DNA of 64,000 nucleotides from Myxococcota bacterium (GTDB lineage Bacteria; Myxococcota_A; Polyangia; Nannocystales; Nannocystaceae): NCBI GenBank assembly GCA_039194325.1, contig JBCCWC010000001.1, positions 96,001 to 160,000 of the forward strand, read 5' to 3'. Shown piece by piece: positions 27,546 to 39,326 of this stretch (position 1 is its first letter; each line of letters starts with the position of its first letter). The notes under the pieces were generated by a model. It saw only the letters and a program-made list of their open reading frames with translations, ran no database searches and was not told where the DNA came from. The position numbers and the translations under genes were made by a program.

Positions 27546-28371
27546 TGAGCCTGATCAGCGTGAAGAAGGTCGGTTCCGAGTGGGTGACCGACTCGACCGT
27601 CGTCTCCACGGCGGCGTAGTCTCCCAGGGATGGGTTGGGTAGATGGCCGATCTGCCTGAGCCCATCGAGGTGGAGCTCGAGCCACGGCCGGGGCTCTCGC
27701 CGCAGGGTGATCGGCGCGCTGCTCAGGAATCGCAGGCGCCGGAGCGACGGATATCGCTGCTCCAGCGCGGCGGCGATGGGATCGGTGGCGGTGGGGGGAC
27801 TCGCGTCGAACTGCAGCGGGGTCGCGCCGGGAGCCGGGTCGCTGTCGACCATGGTGAAGGTGCCCGTGTCGACATCGGTCACCACGTAGTAAGCCCACCG
27901 CGCGACCTTGGACGCGAGCCCGAGGTCGAAGACCCGCGGGCCGGTTGACGGGTCCATGGCCTCGAGGCCGGTGATTTCCACGTTGGCAAACGTGGTTGCG
28001 CCAAGGCGCGCGGTGAGATCGTCCTCCAGCGACAGCGGGCCGCTCGCGCCGGGGGCGAGGCTCGTGTTGCGGTAGGTTGGGGCGCCCATGCCAGCGCGGG
28101 CGCTCAGGTCGGTGAACCGAGACAGCCCCGGGCGGGTCGAGATCAGGCGAAACGACAGGGACGCGCCCGCGCGGAAAGGGATCTGGGGGCTCGTTTGGGC
28201 GTCGACGCCCACGAAGACCCGCACGCCTCCCGGCCATGGCTTGACCACCAGCCGATGGCTGTGCGCCAGCGCCTGCGTCGTCTCGGCGGGCTCGAAGGCC
28301 AGCTCCGGACAGCGTCCGTCGGCATAGTAGCCGTGGGATACTTGGATCTCGAACAGTGGCGCGAAGATCAT
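27529..28371 (-). CDS. eCIS-associated hypothetical protein
   Basis: MIFAPLFEIQVSHGYYADGRC..F.PA.ET; RWAYYVV; RFLSSAPI.LR; HLPNP; lies between DUF4255 and sheath. Confidence 0.75.
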   Translation of the reverse strand: MIFAPLFEIQVSHGYYADGRCPELAFEPAETTQALAHSHRLVVKPWPGGVRVFVGVDAQTSPQIPFRAGASLSFRLISTRPGLSRFTDLSARAGMGAPTYRNTSLAPGASGPLSLEDDLTARLGATTFANVEITGLEAMDPSTGPRVFDLGLASKVARWAYYVVTDVDTGTFTMVDSDPAPGATPLQFDASPPTATDPIAAALEQRYPSLRRLRFLSSAPITLRREPRPWLELHLDGLRQIGHLPNPSLGDYAAVETTVESVTHSEPTFFTLIRLMTQVA

Positions 28372-28380
28372 GGTCGAGTC

Positions 28381-28425
28381 GTCTCCGTCGTCTGCATCGT
28401 CTGCATCGTCTGCACCGTCTGCATG
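28381..28425. repeat. 9-bp tandem repeat (GTCTGCATC-like x5)
   Basis: gtctccgtc gtctgcatc gtctgcatc gtctgcacc gtctgcatg in the intergenic spacer. Confidence 0.75.
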
Positions 28426-28429
28426 GACA

Positions 28430-28999
28430 TCAGGCGATCTTTCGCTCGATCTGCTCGATTACAGGCACTTCGCGCGGATCTTCGTCGCGGAACACGACCA
28501 TCTTGACCCGGTAGAGGGCAGAGGGCTGGTAGCCCACCTTGAGCATGCTCCACATGTCGTTTTGTTGCTGCATGGTCATGGTGTGGAGCTCCATGGTCAG
28601 CTTCCCGATGCTCGGGGCCAGGGTCGGCGCATTCTGAGGCGTGATCACGCGATGGGCCTGGAAGTGGTGGATCACTCGTGAGAGGTAGACCAGCGACTGC
28701 TCGTACTCGGCGAATCGTGCCGCGAAGAGCACGTAGAGGTTCATGGGGATCTCGGGGTGGATCCGGCGGGTGGCCCCGTCTTCGCCCCGGCTGCGAAACG
28801 GCTCGGGGGGGCGCACCGTCCGATCCTCCTCCATGTTGATCATCACCACGTTGACCGCCCCCTCCTTGAAGGTGATCGAGCCATCGGCGGCGGTGTCGGC
28901 GAAGACCGCCTTGTCCTCGGCCGATTCCAAGTTCGCGGAATACCGACTAAATTGCTCGTTGAGGTGGCTCTTGAGAAAAGTGAGGACGGTGTCGATCAT
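28430..28999 (-). CDS. DUF4255 / Pvc16-Afp16-like cap protein
   Basis: MIDTVLTFLKSHLN, VVMINMEED, MNLYVLFAA...YEQSL..LS.VI..FQ, MWSMLKVGYQPSALYRV. Confidence 0.88.
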   Translation of the reverse strand: MIDTVLTFLKSHLNEQFSRYSANLESAEDKAVFADTAADGSITFKEGAVNVVMINMEEDRTVRPPEPFRSRGEDGATRRIHPEIPMNLYVLFAARFAEYEQSLVYLSRVIHHFQAHRVITPQNAPTLAPSIGKLTMELHTMTMQQQNDMWSMLKVGYQPSALYRVKMVVFRDEDPREVPVIEQIERKIA

Positions 29000-29265
29000 C
29001 GAGCGAGTCCAAGGGCGAGGTCAGTGGGGTGGCCGGCAATGTCGACCGTCTCGACGCTGCATCGAATATGACCGCGTCGAGCTCACTCGAAGCGGATCGG
29101 CGGTAAGCCACTGAATCATCGACTGCCTCCCGCCGCTTCGTGCCGGTCGGGGTCGGTAGCCGCTTCCCACCATGCAGGGGCTTTCCCGAGGGCGCAAGAG
29201 GTCGAAATCGCCTGAAATCATCCTCGCGCCAGCGCGTGGCGCAGGATGTTCGTCACCACGACCGC

Positions 29266-31533
<2,268 letters not shown>

Positions 31534-31575
31534 GTGCTACCCGACCATGCTCTCACCACCGCACAGCGCAACCAA

Positions 31576-31683
31576 GCACGAGGCGGGCACGAGGCGGGCA
31601 CGGGGGTGGGCACGAGGCGGGCACGAGGCGGGCACGAGGCGGGCACGAGGCGGGCACGGGGGTGGGCACGGGGGTGGGCACGG
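31576..31683. repeat. G-rich 11/12-bp tandem repeat (GCACGAGGCGG / GCACGGGGGTGG, about 9 copies) upstream of the kinase
   Basis: Directly visible array in the spacer between the DUF4139 gene and the kinase. Confidence 0.88.
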
Positions 31684-31783
31684 CGGCTCTGAGGCCGCCC
31701 TCGGCTCGACTTCGCCCCGCCATCAAGCGCGAGGTGGGAGGTGGGATGACTCGCCACCTGCGATCTATGAAGATCGACCCGGC

Positions 31784-34132
31784 CTACTTCTTGTCCGACC
31801 CCGACGCACGCTCACGCGACCGCGGGGTGGTCAGCTCGAGGTTCTCCAGCAGATCCTCCAGCGCGATCTTCTTCTCCAGCCGCTGGCTCTGCAGCTCGAC
31901 GATCCTCCGGCCAAGGCGGTCCCCCTCAGAGGTAAACTCGTCGAGCCGAGTATTGAGCTTCTTGCGCAGCGCGCTGGCGGCCGGATCCTTCTTGATCGCC
32001 TCGAGGTTCTGGCGGGTCTCACCCGCCCGTTGATTGAGCTCGATCTGCTGCCGCTTGAGCCCCTCGATCTCGGTGTCGATCCGCCCGATCTCCCGCCGCT
32101 GGTCCACCACCGGCTGGATCTTGGTCTTGAGATCCGGCGTGAGCTCGGCCGAGGCCACCAAGGTCTCGAGCAGCCCGAGCGCCCGCCCGTCCCAGATGCT
32201 GATCGTGGTCTGCGAGGGGGTCTGCTCCACCACCTCCCGGCTGCCTTCGGTGCGCCCCTTGGCCACGGTCACCGGGATGAGATACGCGTCGGGGAGCACC
32301 TCGGTGTCCTTGGGTGGATCGACCAGCTCGTAGTTCCAGCCCGCCTTGTTGTGGCGCACGAGCACCCGGTAGGACTGCTCGGCCTTCTTGCCCTTGACCG
32401 ACCAGGTGGTGGTGGTGCGCGAGAAGCTCTCCACCTCGAGCACCCCTCGGGAGATCCGCAATAGCTGCATCTGCCCCCCGGTGTACTTGGCCTTGGAGCT
32501 GACCAGGATGCTGGGCTCCACGGCAAAGGGAATGGTGGCGCTGGTCCCCGTGCTCACCGCCTCGCTGAGCCCCTCGCCGACGAAGCTGTTGCCGGTGTAG
32601 ATGCTGATCGGGCCCGGCTCGAGCACGAAGGGGGTGCTGTTGACAAAGCGCACCACCCGGTAGGGGTTGGCGTCGTAGCCGATCCCGGCGCCCCCGGGCC
32701 GATAGAGGAAGGTCTGCTCGGCGTCGACGTCTTGGTTGAGGATCGCGACCATGGTGGAGCTTCCGTTGGGCACGGTCACCGGCTCGTCGAGGTCGTAGCG
32801 GGTCATGCCGCTGACCTGCTTGGCCCGCGCGTCGGCGAGGGTGCTGCGCCGCAGGGCGTCGAGATCGACGGCGCTTTGGGCCGTCTCCGACTGTGGGGCG
32901 GCCGGCGCAGCCCCGCCTCCGCCCCGGCCGGTGCCCGACAGGCCCAGAGCTCCGTCCTTGTCGCGGCGGTTGCGTAGCTCAGCGTTCCCCTTGGCCTTCA
33001 CGCGGGCCTTCTTGCTGGATCTCTTGCTGCTCTTGGGGGAGGGGCGCGCCATGCCGCCCATGGGCGCGTCGCCGCCCATGTCCATCTCCATGTCCATGTC
33101 GTAGGCCTCCGCCATCAACTCTTCCTCGCCCTCGGCCAGCTGTGCGTCGTCGTCGAAATCGCCATAGGTGGTCTCGCCCATGGCCACCGTGGCTCGCTTG
33201 CGTACGCCGGCCTCGGTCAGATCGCTGCGGGGCACGGTCCGCGGAGTGTGCAGGTCGTAGCGAAACGCGATCGGCTCGCCGGAGGTCAAGCCCAGGGTCA
33301 CGTCGGTCCAGTCCTCGCCGCTGGTGTTGTCGACCACCGCCCAGCCCTGCAACAGCGCCGGACCCGGCCCGTCCTCGGGGAGCACCACCCGGTAGGTGGG
33401 CTTCCACATGGGGGCGGAGACCACGTAGCTAACCCGCACGTCGTGGCGCTTGGCGCCGATGAGCCGGATCGCCACCTCGACCTGCTGGAACATGCCCTCG
33501 CCCGAGCTGGCGTCGAGACGCCGATGTAGCTGCATCGCCAGGTCGCCGTCGTGGAGAGTGACGTCGCGGACCTTGGACAGCCGCACCACACGGAGATCGG
33601 AGCCGCGCATCAAGGTGACCTTGTAGTCGCGCTGGGACGGCCCTTGGCCGCCGCCGCCGCCGCTGCGCGGCCAGCTTCGCTCGTCGGGGTCGGGCTCGTC
33701 GACGATCCGCTCGACCAGCACCACGCGGCCACGCAATCGACCCAGCGTGGTGTGTAGGCTGACCTCGGTGCCGCGTAGACCATCGAGCAGCTCGGCGAGC
33801 CGACCGCGCCCGGGGGCCAGGGCCGAGAGGGCGGCGTTGGCCCAGGTCTCGGGATCGAGCGGCATCGACACGCTGACCGCCTGCCCGTCCTGGTCGACGA
33901 CCGTCAAGCTCTTGAGCAGATCGTTGATCTGATCGCGGCGCACGCGAATTCGTAGGATCGACTCGTCGACCTGCCCCTGGCGCTCGAAATAGCCGATCCC
34001 GTTCCGATAGAGGACAACTCGCTCCAGCTCGAGGGAGGTTCCCGTGGTCAGGGCGCTCCGACTCGCACAACCGACAGAACTAGCGGAACCGAGGGCGAGC
34101 GCGGCGATGCAGACGATCTGAAGAGTACGCAT
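31784..34132 (-). CDS. DUF4139/DUF4140 domain lipoprotein
   Basis: Lipobox SVGC; RVVLYRNGIGYFER, INDLLKSLTV, SYVVSAPMWKPTYRVVL, LQGWAVVDNTSGEDW, C-terminal coiled coil. Confidence 0.85.
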   Translation of the reverse strand: MRTLQIVCIAALALGSASSVGCASRSALTTGTSLELERVVLYRNGIGYFERQGQVDESILRIRVRRDQINDLLKSLTVVDQDGQAVSVSMPLDPETWANAALSALAPGRGRLAELLDGLRGTEVSLHTTLGRLRGRVVLVERIVDEPDPDERSWPRSGGGGGQGPSQRDYKVTLMRGSDLRVVRLSKVRDVTLHDGDLAMQLHRRLDASSGEGMFQQVEVAIRLIGAKRHDVRVSYVVSAPMWKPTYRVVLPEDGPGPALLQGWAVVDNTSGEDWTDVTLGLTSGEPIAFRYDLHTPRTVPRSDLTEAGVRKRATVAMGETTYGDFDDDAQLAEGEEELMAEAYDMDMEMDMGGDAPMGGMARPSPKSSKRSSKKARVKAKGNAELRNRRDKDGALGLSGTGRGGGGAAPAAPQSETAQSAVDLDALRRSTLADARAKQVSGMTRYDLDEPVTVPNGSSTMVAILNQDVDAEQTFLYRPGGAGIGYDANPYRVVRFVNSTPFVLEPGPISIYTGNSFVGEGLSEAVSTGTSATIPFAVEPSILVSSKAKYTGGQMQLLRISRGVLEVESFSRTTTTWSVKGKKAEQSYRVLVRHNKAGWNYELVDPPKDTEVLPDAYLIPVTVAKGRTEGSREVVEQTPSQTTISIWDGRALGLLETLVASAELTPDLKTKIQPVVDQRREIGRIDTEIEGLKRQQIELNQRAGETRQNLEAIKKDPAASALRKKLNTRLDEFTSEGDRLGRRIVELQSQRLEKKIALEDLLENLELTTPRSRERASGSDKK

Positions 34133-34286
34133 GACAACGACTGGGCCGGACTGTAACCGCCCCGACAGATCTACGCACCAGGGTGCACGCAAGGGTCTAG
34201 GATCGCGCAACCGATTCATCACGGGACGCATCGACCCCGTGGTTTCTTGCCGCCCTTGGGCGCGATGGATGTCATCCTGAGGGTCG

Positions 34287-35936
34287 ATGTGGCGCTCGGT
34301 GGGATCGATCCTGACCGGATTGACAGTCGCGTGCTCGGCCTCGGTCGATCAGGAATTGGCGACCTTCGGTCAGGCAACCGCGGGCGCGTCGACCAACCCC
34401 GGCATTCGCGACACCGACTCGGGGGACGACGCGAGCACCGGCCGCGACCCGAGCGACGCTGCGGACACCGGTGGCTCGGACTCCACCGAGCCGCCGGAGC
34501 CCGACCCCGAGGTGTACTTCGACGTAGGCACCCAACCCGACGGCGGAGGCGGCACGAGCGGCCCGATCATCCCCGAGCATTGCGGCCAGGCGGCGGCCGC
34601 CGAGACCACGGTGGGCTGCCAGTTCTTCGCGGTCGATCTCGACCAAGCCGGGGGGATCGGCTCGGGCACCGAGACCGATCAGTACGCGGTGGGGATCTCC
34701 AACGTACAGAATGCCCAGAGCGCTCGGGTCATCGTAGAGCGCAAGGCCAACGGCGCGTGGCAGTCGATGGCGGGCCCGGTGACCATCGAGCCCCTCGCGC
34801 TGCACACCTTCGAGCTCCCCGATCTTCATCAAGACGGCAGCGGGATCCACTCGGGCGGGGCCTATCGGATCACCTCGGACGTCCCGGTCATCGCCTACCA
34901 GTTCAGCCCCCTGGTCGCGGCGGCCGCCAGCTCCGACGCCTCCATGCTCTACCCGGTCACCAGCTGGGACACCATCGGGCACGTCGTGCAGTGGCCCACC
35001 GGCGTAGGAGAACCCTACGTGACCATCGCCGCCGCGTTCGACGGCACCCATGTCCAGGTCACCCCCAGCGTCCCCACCGCGGCCGGACCGGGGGTCTCCT
35101 CCGGCAGCCCGTCGAACCCGATCACCCTCGAGCTCGACGAGGGCGACGTGGCCGAGATCATGGTGGCCGTGGGCGGCCTCGACATCTCGGGCACGGTGGT
35201 CACCAGCAACGCCGGCCACCCGGTCGCCGTGTTCGCGGGCCACGAGTGCGCCAACATCCCCAACGCCATCATCGCCTGCGACCACGTAGAGGAGCAGCTC
35301 TCCGGTCTGCGGCTTTGGGGCACCACCTTCCTCGCGAGCCGGGTGCCACCCCGGCAGGATCCGCCCGAGCCCTCCGCGTGGCAGATCTACGCCAGCGAGG
35401 ACGACACGGTGGTCGAGATCACCGCGCCCCCCGGAGTGACCGGGCTCCCAGCCACGCCCGCGGTCCTCCAGCGCGGCGAGAAGCTCGAGTTCTTGGCCGG
35501 AGGTAGCACCGACGAGCCGGGCGATTTCTTGGTGCACACCAGTCGCCCTGCGGCGGTGGTCAACTACGTCACCGGCTGGGGCAACCTCGAGGGCAGCACC
35601 CAGGGCGATCCGGCCATGGTCCAGCTCTCACCCGTCGAGCAGTTCTTGCCCCGCTACGTCGTGCTGGTGCCCAGCGAGTGGCCCGAGGACTACCTGGTGC
35701 TCACCCGCCCCGAGGGCTCGCCCATCACGCTCGACGACGAGCTCGTTCCCGACGAGGCGTTCGTCCCCGCCGCCGGCGGCTACGAGGTCGCGCGCGTGCC
35801 GGTGGACGACGGCGTGCACAGCCTCGACGGCATCGATCCCTTCTCGGTGGTGGTGGTGGGCTACGGCCTCGCCAACAGCTACGCCTACCTGGGCGGAGCG
35901 TCCACGGGGCAGATCAACCCCAACCCGGCCGGTTGA
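34287..35936 (+). CDS. IgGFc-binding domain lipoprotein
   Basis: Lipobox TVAC, Thr/Asp-rich linker, GCQFFAVDLD, YRITSDVPVIAYQFSP, SDASMLYP, PVAVFAGHEC, CDHVEEQL, GDPAM, SYAYLGG. Confidence 0.85.
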   Translation: MWRSVGSILTGLTVACSASVDQELATFGQATAGASTNPGIRDTDSGDDASTGRDPSDAADTGGSDSTEPPEPDPEVYFDVGTQPDGGGGTSGPIIPEHCGQAAAAETTVGCQFFAVDLDQAGGIGSGTETDQYAVGISNVQNAQSARVIVERKANGAWQSMAGPVTIEPLALHTFELPDLHQDGSGIHSGGAYRITSDVPVIAYQFSPLVAAAASSDASMLYPVTSWDTIGHVVQWPTGVGEPYVTIAAAFDGTHVQVTPSVPTAAGPGVSSGSPSNPITLELDEGDVAEIMVAVGGLDISGTVVTSNAGHPVAVFAGHECANIPNAIIACDHVEEQLSGLRLWGTTFLASRVPPRQDPPEPSAWQIYASEDDTVVEITAPPGVTGLPATPAVLQRGEKLEFLAGGSTDEPGDFLVHTSRPAAVVNYVTGWGNLEGSTQGDPAMVQLSPVEQFLPRYVVLVPSEWPEDYLVLTRPEGSPITLDDELVPDEAFVPAAGGYEVARVPVDDGVHSLDGIDPFSVVVVGYGLANSYAYLGGASTGQINPNPAG

Positions 35937-36010
35937 GCCAGAAAAGCCGGGGTTTTCTCAGGAGCGCTTGTGCGACGGATGGCGGCTCGGCTGGGGCTAC
36001 CATCACCGCG

Positions 36011-36811
36011 ATGCACAGTACCTTTCGACCCGATCTCCTCGACGGTCAGGTGGCCCTGGTCACCGGCGGTGGCTCTGGAATCTGCAAGGGCATCGCGGCC
36101 GCGTTCGTGGCCCACGGCGCCAAGGTGGGCCTGGTCGGTCGCAAGGCCGACCGCCTGCAAGCGGCCGCGGCCGAGATGAACGAGGCGGGCCCCGGCCAGG
36201 CCTGGGCCCTACCCGGGGACGTGCGCGACTACGCGGCCATGCAAGGCGTGATCGATGACCTCATCGAGCGCGCCGGAGGCCTACAGATCGTGGTCAACGG
36301 CGCGGCCGGCAATTTCTTGTGCCCGGCGGCCCAGCTATCGAGCAACGGCTTCCGCACCGTCCTCGACATCGACGCGGTGGGCACGTTCAACGTCTCGCGC
36401 GCCGCCTACGAGCGGGCCCTCCATGCCGGCGGGTGCATCATCAACATCTCGGCCACCCTCCACTACGGCGCCACGATGCTCCAGGTGCACGCCTCCTCCG
36501 CGAAAGCCGCGGTCGACGCGACCACCCGAACCCTGGCCCTCGAGTGGGGGCCCGCGGGGGTCCGCGTCAACGGGATCGCCCCGGGACCTGTCGGCGAGAC
36601 CGAGGGGATCGCCCGGCTGCTTCCGGCCGAGCACGTCAAGCGGGTGACCGCGACGATCCCCCTGCGCCGATTCGGGAAGATCGACGAGATCGCCGACGTG
36701 GCCCTGTTCCTGGCCTCACCCGCCGCCTCCCTCGTGACAGGCGCCGTGATCGTGGCCGATGGCGGCGCCTGCCTGCCCGGCGCCGTGGGGTTCAGCCCGG
36801 GCCCGACGTAG
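36011..36811 (+). CDS. SDR oxidoreductase, 2,4-dienoyl-CoA reductase (DECR2-like)
   Basis: TGGGSGI, VNGAAGNFLCPA..LSSNGFRTVLDID..GTFN, INISATLHY, HASSAKAAVD, EWGP.GVRVNGIAPG. Confidence 0.9.
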   Translation: MHSTFRPDLLDGQVALVTGGGSGICKGIAAAFVAHGAKVGLVGRKADRLQAAAAEMNEAGPGQAWALPGDVRDYAAMQGVIDDLIERAGGLQIVVNGAAGNFLCPAAQLSSNGFRTVLDIDAVGTFNVSRAAYERALHAGGCIINISATLHYGATMLQVHASSAKAAVDATTRTLALEWGPAGVRVNGIAPGPVGETEGIARLLPAEHVKRVTATIPLRRFGKIDEIADVALFLASPAASLVTGAVIVADGGACLPGAVGFSPGPT

Positions 36812-36961
36812 CGAAGCCGGGCGGCCCGAACCCGGCCGGCCTCAAGCCCGCCCGAGCGGAAGCGTATCGCGTCCCGTCCGCGCCCGACCCATCGGATCCA
36901 AAACCGCCGAATTCGGACACGAAGAGTACTCTAGCAGCCAAAGTGGACCCAAATGTTCCAT

Positions 36962-37237
36962 CTAGCCGTCGTCCCTCTTTCGATACGGTCGAACCAACGC
37001 GACCGGATCCACATCCAACGCGGTCGCCAGTCGGGATAGGATGTCCGTTGTAGGCGCTCGACGTCCGGCCAACACCTCCCACAGATGCGCTCGGCTCACC
37101 TCGGCCCGATCGGCCAGGCGACTGAGGGGAAGATTGCGACGCTTGGCGATCTCTCGGATGCGCGACGCAATGCGTGCGCGTAGTGCCTCGGGATCGACCG
37201 CGTCCACGGCCATGTCCGACCGTATCTCACCGTTCAA
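36962..37237 (-). CDS. XRE-family HTH transcriptional regulator
   Basis: RIREIAKRRNLPLSRLADRAEVSRAHLWEVLAGRRAPTTDILSRLATALDV. Confidence 0.85.
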   Translation of the reverse strand: MNGEIRSDMAVDAVDPEALRARIASRIREIAKRRNLPLSRLADRAEVSRAHLWEVLAGRRAPTTDILSRLATALDVDPVALVRPYRKRDDG

Positions 37238-37315
37238 ACCTCACCCGTATAATGGGCACCTGTTCTCCATCATAAGGGTGGGGTAAAGATCTGGTCAGGG
37301 ATCATCCTACCTCGC

Positions 37316-37732
37316 ATGGCACGTCGCCCACTATCGCTCCCCCCATCTCCTCCTCCACGCTGCGACGTCTCCCTCTCCGAGCTCACCGCCGCCCTTGCCG
37401 AGCGACTGCCCCTGCCGTCACGCGTGCTGTCTCAGGCCCAGACTATCGCCGAGAACGTTGATCGCCTTCCCCCGGTGGCCACGGAGCTGGACGTGGAAGG
37501 TTGGCTGTCGTGGGTGCTGTGTGGACTACCGTTGTTTACCCACAGCGACCTCCCCACACTACGCAGCACCAATGATCGAGTGCGATTGCTGCTGGCCGTG
37601 CTCGCGATGGCCCGCAATCAGGGCAACTTCACCCACGCCGCCGAGCAGCTCCAGACCTCGCGCCGCCTGATCCGCGACAGCCTCGACGAGGCCGGCCTCT
37701 ACCCCTGGCGCGGCCTCGTACGCGGAGGATGA
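37316..37732 (+). CDS. Hypothetical protein with C-terminal Fis-like HTH
   Basis: LAMARNQGNFTHAAEQLQTSRRLIRDSLDEAGL; divergent from the XRE gene. Confidence 0.6.
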   Translation: MARRPLSLPPSPPPRCDVSLSELTAALAERLPLPSRVLSQAQTIAENVDRLPPVATELDVEGWLSWVLCGLPLFTHSDLPTLRSTNDRVRLLLAVLAMARNQGNFTHAAEQLQTSRRLIRDSLDEAGLYPWRGLVRGG

Positions 37733-37735
37733 GCG

Positions 37736-37774
37736 CCGAGCGATTCCGCTCGGTAAGCGGCTCGCGAGCCGCTT
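37736..37774. terminator. Double hairpin between convergent genes
   Basis: CCGAGCG-attc-CGCTCGG followed by the perfect 20-bp palindrome AAGCGGCTCGCGAGCCGCTT. Confidence 0.45.
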
Positions 37775-38002
37775 CGTTCACGTCAGACGTCCCCGTTCAA
37801 AGGGCGCCCCGACGATGACCCGTCGCTGCGACGACGAGGATCCGCTGACGCGCGAGCCGGGTCGGGGCTCGTCGCCGACGAGCGCCCAACGTAGCGACCC
37901 CGCGATGGCCTCGGGGGCACATCGCGGGGTCGGCAGTAGGACGGTTCGGTTCGTTCAGTCGTGAGCATGAAGGTCCCGCACGGGACCCGACACGGGCTCC
38001 GC

Positions 38003-38164
38003 TCAGGCGTGAGGTCCGAGCACGCGCCGCGTCTGCGCGGGCAAGAAGCGCGGCTTCGGCGAGCGCCGGTCCTTGCGGATGCGAAGCTCGTCGATCAGCG
38101 CCGCGCCTCCGGAGGCCACGACCAGGATCAACATCGCGTACGTCAAGATGGTGAAGATGCTCAT
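38003..38164 (-). CDS. Small single-TM protein (53 aa)
   Basis: MSIFTILTYAMLILVVASGGAALIDELRIRKDRRSPKPRFLPAQTRRVLGPHA; AAGGAGA RBS 6 nt upstream; sigma54-like promoter upstream. Confidence 0.6.
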   Translation of the reverse strand: MSIFTILTYAMLILVVASGGAALIDELRIRKDRRSPKPRFLPAQTRRVLGPHA

Positions 38165-38205
38165 GATCATTCTCCTTCCCGTTCGGGGAGGGGTGCTCGC
38201 CCGTA

Positions 38206-38221
38206 TGCGACGACCGTGCCA
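38206..38221 (-). promoter_or_regulatory. Putative sigma54 (-24/-12) promoter
   Basis: TGGCACGGTCGTCGCA on the minus strand with exact GG-N10-GC spacing. Confidence 0.5.
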
Positions 38222-38450
38222 ACGCTCATCCCTACCCGAACGCCCGAATTCCCGTGATTTGAGGCGGGACTACGCTCACTGGCTACTGTCGTGGCCAGCC
38301 CTGGCACGCGTTTGTCACGTAGGTGGCTACGACCGTGGCCGATTCGAATCTCGATGTTGGCTTTGAGTGGCGCCTGTTGTAGCCACCACGATCAATGGGC
38401 GTCGTCGCGCACGCCACTATCATTGGGTCGGAGGTCCTCACCCCGTGCCG

Positions 38451-39326
38451 ATGAAGCCCGGACAACGCTACGGTCGCTTCGAGATCCTCGAGCATCTCGG
38501 CTCGGGCAGCTTCGGCCACGTCTACAAGGTTGCCGCGCCGCGTTTTGCCGAGCCGGTGGCGCTCAAGCTCTCGCTGGCCCCGGTCACCGAGACAGACGCC
38601 GCCCAGCGAGCCTTGCGTGAGGTGGCGGTCCTACGGACGCTCACCAACCCTCACTCGGTCCGCATCTACGACTGCGGGCTGCGTCGTGACGGCCACATCT
38701 ACATCTTAATGGAGCTACTCGACGGGCGGCCGCTGGATCGCTGGCACGACTTCGATCACCTGCTCGATCCCGCGTGGGCGTGCCACGTGATCCACCAGTG
38801 CTGCCTGGGGCTGATGGAGGCCCACGATCGTGGGATCGTGCACCGCGACCTCAAGCCGGCCAACGTATTCATCGACAAGGAGGTCCGCGCCCGCGTGCTG
38901 GACTTCGGCCTTGCCCGATCGTGGGACGGCAGCTCGGTGATCGGCTATGACGCCACCGGCAGCCACATGCTCGTGGGCACCGCCCACTATGCGCAGCCCG
39001 AGCAGATGCGCACCATGGCACTGACCCCGGCCGCCGACATCTACAGCCTGGGCATGATCCTCTACGAGCTGATCACCGGGCGCACGCCCTTCGTCGCCGA
39101 CCGACCCGTGAGCGGCGTGGTCGAGGATTGGAAGCGGACCCCAATAGCGTGGATGCAGGCGCACACCGGGGCCGAGGTGGTGCCTCCGTCCCGGTACCTG
39201 CCGGTGGGTCAGGATCTCGACCGGCTCGAGGCGGTGATCGTGCGGGCGCTCCAAAAGGATCCCGAGCGACGACCCCGCAACGCCCGCGAGCTGGCCGTGT
39301 TGGTCGAGCAGGCGTGGCCTGACTAA
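38451..39326 (+). CDS. Ser/Thr protein kinase (Hanks type)
   Basis: LGSGSFGHVY, VALK, VHRDLKPANVF, VLDFGLA, GTAHYAQPEQ, ADIYSLG. Confidence 0.95.
   Translation: MKPGQRYGRFEILEHLGSGSFGHVYKVAAPRFAEPVALKLSLAPVTETDAAQRALREVAVLRTLTNPHSVRIYDCGLRRDGHIYILMELLDGRPLDRWHDFDHLLDPAWACHVIHQCCLGLMEAHDRGIVHRDLKPANVFIDKEVRARVLDFGLARSWDGSSVIGYDATGSHMLVGTAHYAQPEQMRTMALTPAADIYSLGMILYELITGRTPFVADRPVSGVVEDWKRTPIAWMQAHTGAEVVPPSRYLPVGQDLDRLEAVIVRALQKDPERRPRNARELAVLVEQAWPD

Larger units (their letters stand above)
2728..28999 (-). other. Extracellular contractile injection system (Afp/PVC-like eCIS) gene cluster with cargo genes
   Basis: Co-oriented DUF4255, sheath, gp19 tubes, LysM tube initiator, VgrG, gp25, spike tip, baseplate J, fibres, tape measure, AAA+ ATPase and DUF4157 genes; no capsid, terminase or TssJLM genes. 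Confidence 0.93.

Noticed and set aside
7645..28999. Prophage or type VI secretion system
   Set aside because: No capsid, portal, terminase or integrase, and no TssJ/L/M, TssA or ClpV; DUF4255, the Afp15-type ATPase and the CIS tape measure indicate an eCIS
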